A stretch of DNA of 64,000 nt, from NCBI GenBank assembly GCA_022760335.1, contig JALEGE010000170.1:18164-82163 (forward strand), in the 5' to 3' direction. A model generated the notes under the pieces. It did not search any database. It was not told the DNA's origin and saw nothing but the letters and a program-made list of their open reading frames with translations. Numbering within the stretch: position 1 is the stretch's first letter; the number at the start of each line of letters is the position of its first letter. Positions 18,167-25,487 of the stretch are shown here, in pieces. The translations under genes were made by a program, and so were the position numbers. This stretch comes from Hyphomonadaceae bacterium. Its GTDB lineage: Bacteria > Pseudomonadota > Alphaproteobacteria > Caulobacterales > Hyphomonadaceae.

Positions 18167-19159
18167 ATGTCGGGGACAGTGCTCGTGACCGGAGGGGCCG
18201 GTTATGTCGGCAGCCATTGCTGCAAGGCGTTCCATGAGGCCGGCTGGAAGGTTGTCGTGTTCGACAATCTCTCGCGCGGCTGGCGCGATCTGGTCCAGTG
18301 GGGCGACCTGATCGAGGGCGACATCAATGACCGCGCCGCGCTGGATAAGGCGTTGGCTGAGGTGCGGCCGGATGCTGTCGCGCATTTCGCCGCCTATGGC
18401 TATGTCGGAGAGAGCGTTACCAATCCTGGCCTGTACTACCGTAACAACACCATGGGCACCATGACCCTGCTCGATGCCATGGTCGCGGCCGGCGTGGACA
18501 AGCTGATCTTCTCCTCCACTTGTGCGACCTATGGCGTGCCGGAAAAAGTGCCGATGACCGAGGAGACGCCGCAAAGCCCGATCAATCCTTATGGCTGGTC
18601 GAAGCTCTTCGTGGAGAAGATTCTCAGCGATTATGGCCATGCCCATGGCCTCAGATCTGTGAAGTTGCGCTATTTCAACGCCGCTGGCGCCGATTTCGAA
18701 GCCGAGACGGGTGAGCGCCACGAGCCGGAAACCCATCTGATCCCGCTGGCCATTCAGGGCCAGCTGAAAGATGGTTTCAAGCTCACCGTGTTCGGCGATG
18801 ATTTCGACACGCGCGATGGCACCTGCGTGCGTGACTATATTCATGTCATGGACCTGGCTGATGCGCACAAGCGCGCGCTGGACTATCTGGCGGCCGGCGG
18901 TGAGAGCAATGTCTTCAATCTCGGAACTGGCACCGGCACGACGGTGATGGAAATCGTCGAGGCGGTGGAGCGGGTTTCCGGCTCACCGGTCGAGCGTAGC
19001 ATCGGCCCGCGCCGGGAGGGCGATCCGCCCGCCCTTGTCGCCTCCGCTGACAAGGCGCGTGAGATTCTCGGCTGGGTGCCGCAGCATTCCGACATCGAAA
19101 CCATCATCCGCACGGCCTGGAACTGGCACCAGAAAGAGGCCAACCGGCCGCGGGGCTGA
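18167..19159 (+). CDS. galE: UDP-glucose 4-epimerase
   Basis: MSGTVLVTGGAGYVGSH Rossmann motif, YGWSK catalytic motif, typical length of about 330 aa. Confidence 0.93.
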   Translation: MSGTVLVTGGAGYVGSHCCKAFHEAGWKVVVFDNLSRGWRDLVQWGDLIEGDINDRAALDKALAEVRPDAVAHFAAYGYVGESVTNPGLYYRNNTMGTMTLLDAMVAAGVDKLIFSSTCATYGVPEKVPMTEETPQSPINPYGWSKLFVEKILSDYGHAHGLRSVKLRYFNAAGADFEAETGERHEPETHLIPLAIQGQLKDGFKLTVFGDDFDTRDGTCVRDYIHVMDLADAHKRALDYLAAGGESNVFNLGTGTGTTVMEIVEAVERVSGSPVERSIGPRREGDPPALVASADKAREILGWVPQHSDIETIIRTAWNWHQKEANRPRG

Positions 19160-19190
19160 TCCGGCGGTATCTGATTTGCCCCAAACTCAG

Positions 19191-19220
19191 CCTCATGGTG
19201 AGCGGAGACGAACCATGGGG
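19191..19220. repeat. REP-like hairpin (loop GAGCGGAGACGA)
   Basis: cctcatggt-gagcggagacga-accatgggg, 32 nt after the galE stop. Confidence 0.8.
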
Positions 19221-19253
19221 CGAGAAATTGGAGAAAAGCTCTCTAATTGCACG

Positions 19254-19285
19254 CCCTCGTCCTTCGTCTCCGCTCAGGATGAGGG
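19254..19285. repeat. REP-like hairpin, inverted relative to 19191 (loop TCGTCTCCGCTC)
   Basis: ccctcgtcct-tcgtctccgctc-aggatgaggg. The loop is the same and the stem differs, which implies compensatory stem changes. Confidence 0.8.
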
Positions 19286-19393
19286 CTGCAGTGGATTGTA
19301 TTGGCTTGGGCTGATTTCTCAGCTTGGGGCTTCGACATTCCGTAATCATGGCGCTAAGAGCGACCATTCTTTCCCCGTTCAAGCGAGAAATCC

Positions 19394-20518
19394 ATGACGG
19401 CGCCCCGTAACATTATCGCCTATTCCGACAAGCTGTTCACCCCGTCAGAAAGCTTCATCCCGCGCGGCTACACCGCGTTTTCGCGCCTGAAGCCGGTCTA
19501 TTTCGGGCATGACCTGAAAGGCCCGGTCCCCGAAGGCGCGGAAGCCGTGGTGATGGGCCCGCTGCACGGGCCGGGCGGGGAGGCGGCCTTCAAACAGCTC
19601 GGCACGATCTCGGCGGCGCTGGAAGCCAAGATCGAAGAGCTTCAGCCCGTCGCGATCCATGCAAGTTTCGGCAAGTCCGGCGCCTATGCGCTCCCCATTG
19701 CGCGCAAACTCGGCCTGCCGCTGGCCGTCACCTATTATGGCGGGGACGCGACCAAGACGACCAATACCAAGGACAGCTTCATCCGCGTCTATAATCGCCG
19801 CCGCGCCGCGCTCTGGGCCGAGGCCGACCTGATCCTGCCCTGTTCGGACTTCATCCGCCGGGAGCTCCTCGCCAAGGGCGCGCCGGAGGACAAGATGATT
19901 GTCCATCACAACACCGCCGACCCGAACCGCTTCCAGCCGGGTGAGAAGGAAAAGATCATCCTCTTCGCCGGCCGCTGGACTGAGAAAAAAGGCATCGACA
20001 CGCTGATCGGCGCGCTGGCGAAACTCGGGCCCCAGTTGGACGGCTGGCGCGTGCGCCTGCTCGGCGATGGCGAATTGAAAACGGGGCTGGTGGCGGATCT
20101 GGAAGCGGCGGGCGTCACGGCGGAACTGCCCGGCTGGATTCCCGCCGACGAGATGCCGAAACACTTCGCCGAAGCGATGATCGCCTGCGTGCCGTCAAAG
20201 CGCGCAGCCTCTGGCGATGCCGAGGGCCTGCCGCTGGTCTGCGTCGAAGCCATGCTGTGCGAATGCGCGCTGGCCGCGACCCACCATGCCGGCATCCCGG
20301 AATGCGTGAAGGATGGCGAGACCGGCTATCTGGTGGATGAAGGCGATGTCGAGGCGCTGGCGGACAGGCTCGGTCGCATGATCGCCGATGTCGAGGCCAC
20401 GCGCGCCATGGGCAAGGCGGGGCGGGCTTTTGCGCTCTCGGACTTCAATCTCGTGAACCAGTCAAAACGGCTGGAGGAGCATTTGCTGCGGATCGCGGGG
20501 GAGCGGGGGGCGTTGTAG
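19394..20518 (+). CDS. Glycosyltransferase family 4 (GT-B, RfaG-like)
   Basis: 374 aa. The C-terminal GT1/GT4 motif EGLPLVCVEAMLCECALAATHHAGIPECVKDGETGYLV contains the E-x7-E region. Confidence 0.9.
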   Translation: MTAPRNIIAYSDKLFTPSESFIPRGYTAFSRLKPVYFGHDLKGPVPEGAEAVVMGPLHGPGGEAAFKQLGTISAALEAKIEELQPVAIHASFGKSGAYALPIARKLGLPLAVTYYGGDATKTTNTKDSFIRVYNRRRAALWAEADLILPCSDFIRRELLAKGAPEDKMIVHHNTADPNRFQPGEKEKIILFAGRWTEKKGIDTLIGALAKLGPQLDGWRVRLLGDGELKTGLVADLEAAGVTAELPGWIPADEMPKHFAEAMIACVPSKRAASGDAEGLPLVCVEAMLCECALAATHHAGIPECVKDGETGYLVDEGDVEALADRLGRMIADVEATRAMGKAGRAFALSDFNLVNQSKRLEEHLLRIAGERGAL

Positions 20519-20535
20519 ATTAACTTGATGAGTTT

Positions 20536-21066
20536 CTAGAAGATTATCCTGAATTGGGCGGCGGCATAATCATCGCCACCTCGAACATACAGCCCAAAGT
20601 ATTTGCCAAACTCGACCCCGGCGCTCGCAAATGGCATCGCCTCGTCTCCGACAAGCACACCGCCGCCAAGACCGAAGTTCTGATTAAGAAGGACAAGTGC
20701 TTCGGCGCCAGCACGGTAGTCGGCTGCGGGGGCGCATTCGCTGTCATCCGCAAATTGTCCATTTCGACTATCCCGACAGCGCGATTGCCCGTTAGAAAAC
20801 GTATCATTGTAGAAGGGGCTATCCTCGTCTTCGTAAAACACGACGTTGACAGGAATGAGATTCAGTCTCGCCCAATCCTTATACTGAATGCTTACGGCCG
20901 CTTCCAACTCGCCGCCTTCTTGTCCTTCGAACGCATACCCACCTGACAGATGGCCTCCCCAGCTCCAATCCTTCTGGGCTTTCAGAGCTGGCTTTTCCTG
21001 AGCTGTTGCGGTGCCGGCGCTGATTGCAACCAATCCAGCAGCGACCAAGATCTGATGATTATTCAT
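20536..21066 (-). CDS. Small outer-membrane beta-barrel-like protein (cassette A)
   Basis: Start at MNNHQILVAAGLVAISAGTATAQ (signal peptide). Alternating hydrophobic pattern and C-terminal ...AAQFRIIF ending in Phe. AT-richer than the flanks. Confidence 0.65.
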   Translation of the reverse strand: MNNHQILVAAGLVAISAGTATAQEKPALKAQKDWSWGGHLSGGYAFEGQEGGELEAAVSIQYKDWARLNLIPVNVVFYEDEDSPFYNDTFSNGQSRCRDSRNGQFADDSECAPAADYRAGAEALVLLNQNFGLGGGVLVGDEAMPFASAGVEFGKYFGLYVRGGDDYAAAQFRIIF

Positions 21067-21196
21067 ATGGGACCCCCAACCAAATACAGTTTTGGTGTGA
21101 AGATTCCCGCCTAAAAGCAACCTTTGGTTGATGCTTTTTCTGGTGATGGAGCTTTGCTCAGTCCATCTTTAGGCATAGCCCCTCCCTACGCCCTTT

Positions 21197-21300
21197 GGCG
21201 GCAGCGGTAAGTGGTACGCCTGTCAAGGAACGGCCACTGATCTATCCGAGCCCGAGGGGCAAGCCACTCATCCAGGCCCGCGTGCGAGAGATCGCCAGCC
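21197..21300 (+). pseudogene. Internal fragment of trmD (corresponds to 23780-23884)
   Basis: ggcggcagcggtaagtggtacgcc...cgcgtgcgagagatcgccagc aligns with the intact trmD at about 9 of 10 positions. It has no start or stop of its own. Confidence 0.8.
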
Positions 21301-21310
21301 GGGCGCAGTG

Positions 21311-21391
21311 TCAGACTTCAATCTGGTGAACCAGTCGAAACGGCTGGAAGATCATCTGATCCGCATCGCGACGGAAAAGGGCACGCTTTAG
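21311..21391 (+). pseudogene. Diverged fragment of the glycosyltransferase 3' end (copy 2 of 3)
   Basis: Encodes SDFNLVNQSKRLEDHLIRIATEKGTL*, against SDFNLVNQSKRLEEHLLRIAGERGAL* in the intact gene. About 4 of 5 nucleotides are identical, and many differences are synonymous or conservative. Confidence 0.8.
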
Positions 21392-22062
21392 CGGCCCTGG
21401 AAAAATGTGTTCACCGTCAGGCGGCCTTCGCGGGGATCGGCTGACAGGGAAAGATCTTCGGGGATCACGCCGGAATGCAGGCGGTAGCCGCGATAGATCG
21501 CCATGCGGTTGAACTTGGCCTTCACACGCCCGGTTTCTTCAAACAAGGATGTGTCGCCATCGACATAACCTGTCGGTGTGTTCTGAGCGTTTTCAGTGCG
21601 CAGAGCCGTGTCATATGGCCGATGACGTGTCTCGCTGATGGTCTCAAAGCCCGTCGAGCGGTGGCGATAAAATGCCGTGCCGCCGCCGGTCTCGTCGCAG
21701 AGATAGTGCAAAAGTGCGAGAATTTTCGGGCTGGTGGAGTCAAAATGCGGGATGCGCTGGATCGGCGCGAGGGCGTCGCGCGGCGTGGTGACCAGCGAAA
21801 AGGCGCATTCTGAGAGATGTGCGCCATTTTCAAGCCCGAACACGCCGGGCAGCACGTCTGCGAACAGCTCCATATGCTCTGACAGATAGCCAGGGTCGGC
21901 CTGGGCGCGGATGCCGGGATAATACGGCCCAATGGGTTGATATGACTTCGCGCAGGCCGCTTCGAACAGCGCGCCGGGATCGGAGGCGAAGTCATCAATG
22001 ATGACGACCGGTTCCCCCTCATTGCCAAAGTGGCGGATGTCATAGCGTTCGGGCATAGCCAC
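21388..22062 (-). CDS. Cupin / 2OG-Fe(II)-oxygenase-like hypothetical protein (resembles the DUF6445 family) (cassette B)
   Basis: 224 aa. Possible HxD...H metal triad (RIPHFD ... YRGYRLHSG). The family name is from memory and unverified. Confidence 0.6.
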   Translation of the reverse strand: MAMPERYDIRHFGNEGEPVVIIDDFASDPGALFEAACAKSYQPIGPYYPGIRAQADPGYLSEHMELFADVLPGVFGLENGAHLSECAFSLVTTPRDALAPIQRIPHFDSTSPKILALLHYLCDETGGGTAFYRHRSTGFETISETRHRPYDTALRTENAQNTPTGYVDGDTSLFEETGRVKAKFNRMAIYRGYRLHSGVIPEDLSLSADPREGRLTVNTFFQGR

Positions 22063-22145
22063 ACATGTGCCGCGAAATCCGTATGGCCCGCAAGTATGCG
22101 ATCTGCCGCCGCAATGCCTTTTGTGTCACCGTCCCAGCCCTTTTT

Positions 22146-22320
22146 CCGGAATGCGCGAAGGATGGCGAGACTGGCTATCTCGTCGATGAAGGCGATGTCG
22201 AGGCGACGCGCGCCATGGGCGAGGCGGGCCTTTGCGCTGTCGGACTTTAATCTCGTGAACGAGTCAAAACGGCTGGAGGAGCATTTGTTACGGATCGCGG
22301 GGGAGCGAGGGACGCTGTAG
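22146..22320 (+). pseudogene. Fragment of the glycosyltransferase 3' end (copy 3 of 3), with deletion and frameshift
   Basis: Matches 20297-20518 at about 9 of 10 positions. It lacks about 42 nt lying between two gatgtcgaggc direct repeats and has a further small indel. It ends in the same ...EEHLLRIAGERGTL*. Confidence 0.85.
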
Positions 22321-22484
22321 ATAGTCCCCTTCGTTTTAGCATCGCATACGCCTGTGTTATCCGGCTGAATTAGTCTCAGAAATCCGACCAGAACGCTCCG
22401 TAAACAAAACCTAAATTCACACCTTGAAATTCTTAACCGCCGTCCCCAGACTCCGATGGTCGTGAATTTTCGCGGCAAATGAGT

Positions 22485-22518
22485 GAGCCGGGCAAGTGCT
22501 CCAACACGTACCCGGCTC
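22485..22518 (+). terminator. Stem-loop followed by TTGTTT (terminator-like, or part of an sRNA/leader)
   Basis: gagccggg-N18-cccggctc followed by ttgtttcc, within the 330-nt non-coding stretch upstream of the HTH gene. Confidence 0.35.
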
Positions 22519-22606
22519 TTGTTTCCAAACTAGCGGTCTGGAGAAATCTTGTATGGTGCATATGGTGATAGCACCCGTGGGGTGTCAACTGAAATGTTTC
22601 ATATCC

Positions 22607-22619
22607 CGTCACTGTGACG
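22607..22619. promoter_or_regulatory. Perfect 13-bp palindrome CGTCAC-T-GTGACG, candidate operator
   Basis: It lies about 30 nt upstream of the ATG of the small HTH gene at 22650. Confidence 0.35.
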
Positions 22620-22649
22620 CATCCCGACCGCAATTGCGAGAGGTGATAA

Positions 22650-22859
22650 ATGTCACACGCACATCCGGGACGACCGTCCCATAAACTCACTTACGAAGAA
22701 GCAATCGAAGTCTGGCTTTTGCGCTGGGATGGCTGGTTTCAAAACCGGATTGCAGCCAAGTTTGATGTGAACCCAGGTCGCATCAGCGAGGTATTGCATC
22801 ATCATCGGCATCCTGGCTCATACGACGACGCGCTCAAGCGTCGGGGAGCGGCAGCCTGA
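22650..22859 (+). CDS. Small helix-turn-helix DNA-binding protein
   Basis: 69 aa. KLTYEEAIEVWLLRWDGWFQNRIAAKFDVNPGRISEVL has the pattern of short phage/island HTH proteins. GAGAGGTG SD. The stop overlaps the next start (TGATG). Confidence 0.7.
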   Translation: MSHAHPGRPSHKLTYEEAIEVWLLRWDGWFQNRIAAKFDVNPGRISEVLHHHRHPGSYDDALKRRGAAA

Positions 22860-23188
22860 TGACAGCAGCCTACTCTCTTGGCTCTAGCCAAACCTACTTG
22901 GAACTGCGCGATGCAGTGCTTACTCGCCAACCTTTGCGTGTCCTTTACAAAGGGCATTATAGGGATGTGTGCCCGCACACTCTTGGCCTGAAAAACGGCA
23001 AGGAAAAAGTCCTCACTTTTCAATTTGGGGGCGGCTCAAGCAGCGGTCTCCCAGCTGGTGGTGAGTGGCGATGCATGTTCGTGAGCGACGTTGAGGCAAT
23101 CGAGGTTATCGATGCGGACTGGCATACTGACCCTCAGCATTCACAGCCTCAAACCTGCGTTGACGCAGTTGATGTTGAGACCGGATGA
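22859..23188 (+). CDS. WYL-like (Sm-fold-like) small protein, hypothetical
   Basis: 109 aa. YKGHYRDVCPHTLGLKNGKEKVLTFQFGGGSSSGLPAGGEWRCMFVSDVEAIEV follows the R-x-V-x-P...beta-hairpin...W-R-x-F pattern of WYL domains. The assignment is by eye only. Translationally coupled to the HTH gene. Confidence 0.6.
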   Translation: MTAAYSLGSSQTYLELRDAVLTRQPLRVLYKGHYRDVCPHTLGLKNGKEKVLTFQFGGGSSSGLPAGGEWRCMFVSDVEAIEVIDADWHTDPQHSQPQTCVDAVDVETG

Positions 23189-23330
23189 TCTCGGCATAAT
23201 CACGGGCGCGTAGTTCAGCGTCTGCATCTATGAAGATTGCGCGGCGAACGCCGCCGTCTTCAGTCTGCGCCTCGACGATCCACTCCTCTGGATTGTCGGG
23301 GTTGCGGACAACCTCAGCATCTTGAAGCAT
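23106..23330 (-). CDS. Small acidic hypothetical protein
   Basis: 74 aa from MLQDAEVVRNPDNPEEWIVEAQTEDGG. Strong GGAGGGG SD 4 nt upstream of the ATG. Its 3' end overlaps the convergent 22859..23188 gene by 83 nt. Confidence 0.5.
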   Translation of the reverse strand: MLQDAEVVRNPDNPEEWIVEAQTEDGGVRRAIFIDADAELRARDYAEIIRSQHQLRQRRFEAVNAEGQYASPHR

Positions 23331-23573
23331 ATGATCCCCTCCGGGCAATCAAAGTGACTCAATCTAAAGCCAAGGGCAATTTACTAGCTTGAGCTAAAAC
23401 GCCACGGGCACCGAATTGTTCCCGCTTCACAGGAGCCAGTATTCCCGTCTGGTGGACCGGTCGGATTTGTAACCGCCTATACCACATTGCGGCGTCGGTC
23501 GTTCATCTCGGCCAATTGCCAAGGGCATGCACCTACAGCTTGGCAGTGCGGCATTGAACAGACATAAGCCCCC

Positions 23574-24299
23574 ATGCCCTTCGCCGTCTCCGTTCTCACC
23601 CTTTTTCCCGACGCCTTTCCCGGCGTTCTCGGTGTCTCGATCCTGGAGCGGGCGCGCAGAGCTGGAATTTGGTCACTTGAGACACTGGACATTCGGGATT
23701 TTTCACATCATAAGCACCGATCCGTTGACGACACGCCCTTTGGGGGTGGCGCCGGTATGGTGCTTCGTCCTGATGTGGCGGCGGCAGCGGTAAGTGGTAC
23801 GCCCCGTGGGGAACGGCCACTGATCTATCCGAGCCCGAGGGGCAAGCCGCTCACCCAGGCCCGCGTGCGAGAGATCGCCAGCGGACCGGGGGTGATTTTG
23901 TTTTGCGGCCGCTTTGAGGGGTTGGACCAGCGGGCCATCGAGGCCTGCGGCATGGAAGAGGTCTCGCTGGGCGACTTTGTGCTCGCCGGCGGCGAGGTGG
24001 CGGCACAGGCGCTGATTGAAGCGTGCGTGCGCCTACTTCCAGGGGTCGCAGGTAATGAGGCTTCGCTGGAGGAGGAGAGTTTCGAGACGGGCCTGCTCGA
24101 ATATCCTCACTATACGCGGCCACGCGTATGGGAGGGTCGGGAGGTCCCGGAGGTGCTGACGTCAGGCGACCATGGAAAGGTTGCCGAGTGGCGGCGCGCC
24201 GAGAGTGAAAAGATCACGCGTGAGAGGCGGCCTGACCTCCTTGAGCGCACAGACATTAAAGAGCCCAAGCGTCCGGAGACTGGCGATGAACGTGATTGA
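23574..24299 (+). CDS. trmD: tRNA (guanine37-N1)-methyltransferase
   Basis: 241 aa. [20 protein letters not shown] and [17 protein letters not shown] motifs. Confidence 0.95.
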   Translation: MPFAVSVLTLFPDAFPGVLGVSILERARRAGIWSLETLDIRDFSHHKHRSVDDTPFGGGAGMVLRPDVAAAAVSGTPRGERPLIYPSPRGKPLTQARVREIASGPGVILFCGRFEGLDQRAIEACGMEEVSLGDFVLAGGEVAAQALIEACVRLLPGVAGNEASLEEESFETGLLEYPHYTRPRVWEGREVPEVLTSGDHGKVAEWRRAESEKITRERRPDLLERTDIKEPKRPETGDERD

Positions 24300-24849
24300 A
24301 ACCCTTGAAGCCGAAGAGGCGGCCCGCCTCCACGCTGACAAATCCCTGCCGGACTTCTCGCCCGGTGACACGTTGACCGTGAATGTGCGGATCAAGGAAG
24401 GCGACCGCGAGCGGATCCAGCGCTTCGAAGGCGTGTGTATCGCGCGCAAGGGCGGCGGCCTGAACGAGACCTTCACCGTCCGCAAGATCTCTTTCGGCGA
24501 GGGCGTCGAGCGCGTTTTCCCGATCTATTCGCCGAACGTTGAGAGCGTGGAAGTCAAGCGCAAGGGCCGCGTGCGCCGCGCCAAGCTCTATTATCTGCGC
24601 GACCGCCGCGGCAAGTCCGCCCGGATCGCCGAGCGGACCACCGGCCACGGCATCGAGCAGACCGAGATCGCCGTCTCCAAGACCGATCGCAAGCGCCAGC
24701 GTGTGGCTGAAAAAGCTGCCCGCAAGGAGGCCGCTGCCCTGGAGCGCGAAGCCATGGCCAAGGCCAAGGCCGAGGAAGAAGCCGCTGCGGCCGCTGCCGC
24801 TGCCGCTGAAGCTGCAGCCGCTGAAGCCGAAGGCGGCGCCGAAGAGTAG
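24286..24849 (+). CDS. rplS: 50S ribosomal protein L19 with an Ala/Glu/Lys-rich C-terminal extension
   Basis: Start at [12 protein letters not shown]19 core [33 protein letters not shown]. About 70 extra C-terminal residues. 14-nt overlap with trmD. Confidence 0.93.
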   Translation: MNVIETLEAEEAARLHADKSLPDFSPGDTLTVNVRIKEGDRERIQRFEGVCIARKGGGLNETFTVRKISFGEGVERVFPIYSPNVESVEVKRKGRVRRAKLYYLRDRRGKSARIAERTTGHGIEQTEIAVSKTDRKRQRVAEKAARKEAAALEREAMAKAKAEEEAAAAAAAAAEAAAAEAEGGAEE

Positions 24850-24872
24850 GTCCCGGCCCATAAATTGATCAA

Positions 24873-24910
24873 ATCCCCGCACGCCTTGACGGCCTGCGGG
24901 GATTTTTTTG
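24873..24910 (+). terminator. Rho-independent terminator of trmD-rplS
   Basis: atccccgca-N13-tgcggggat followed by TTTTTTTG. Confidence 0.85.
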
Positions 24911-25003
24911 TCTGAAATCCGGATTTCCACTGCGCATTGGTTCATTTCCGCTCTGGTATAAGGCATTGATTATGCGGGGTAGAGCATGCGAGGGGCTGGT
25001 GGG

Positions 25004-25450
25004 ATGGGACGATGCCAAGCTTTGATTTTGGGGATGTGCCTGCTGGTCGGACTGGCGGCCTGCAGCCCGCGCCCGTCGAGCCAGGAACAGCTGATCGAGG
25101 TGTGCCGGCCTGAGGGTGTGGCTGGGGCAACGCTGAAGATCGGACCGCTTGAGGTGCCGCACGACAAGATGGTCGCGCGTCTGCATCATGTGGAGCTGAC
25201 TGGCGAGTATGGCATCTCCATCCGCCTTGCGGAGGAATATGCCTATCAACTTGTGCAGCTGACGCGGGAGAGCTTGAACACAAATCTGGTGCTCGCCCTG
25301 GACGAGGATGTCATCGCAGAGCCCATGATCCGCTCTCCAATCCTGGATGGCCGCATCCTGATCGCCGGGAATTTCACCCGCCTTGAGGCCAGTGAGATCG
25401 TCGCGCGCCTCTCTGTCCCGTGCCCGCCGCAGCGCGACGGCGCTTCATGA
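25004..25450 (+). CDS. Small lipoprotein with a SecD P1-head-like segment
   Basis: MGRCQALILGMCLLVGLAAC lipobox. LALDEDVIAEPMIRSPILDGRILIAGNFTRLEASEIVARL resembles the SecD periplasmic head motif. An alternative start lies at 24986. Confidence 0.65.
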   Translation: MGRCQALILGMCLLVGLAACSPRPSSQEQLIEVCRPEGVAGATLKIGPLEVPHDKMVARLHHVELTGEYGISIRLAEEYAYQLVQLTRESLNTNLVLALDEDVIAEPMIRSPILDGRILIAGNFTRLEASEIVARLSVPCPPQRDGAS

Positions 25451-25487
25451 CTCGCAATCAGGGCGCGTTTGCGTCATATAGCGCGCG

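Noticed and set aside
22433-22690. 85-aa (minus) and 62-aa (plus, 22496..22684) ORFs in the leader upstream of the HTH gene
   Set aside because: Neither has an SD sequence or any motif, and they overlap the HTH gene start. More likely this is non-coding leader containing the stem-loop and palindrome.
24172-24285. Upstream extension of the rplS ORF
   Set aside because: It lies inside trmD. The canonical L19 N-terminus (MNVIETLE) starts at 24286.
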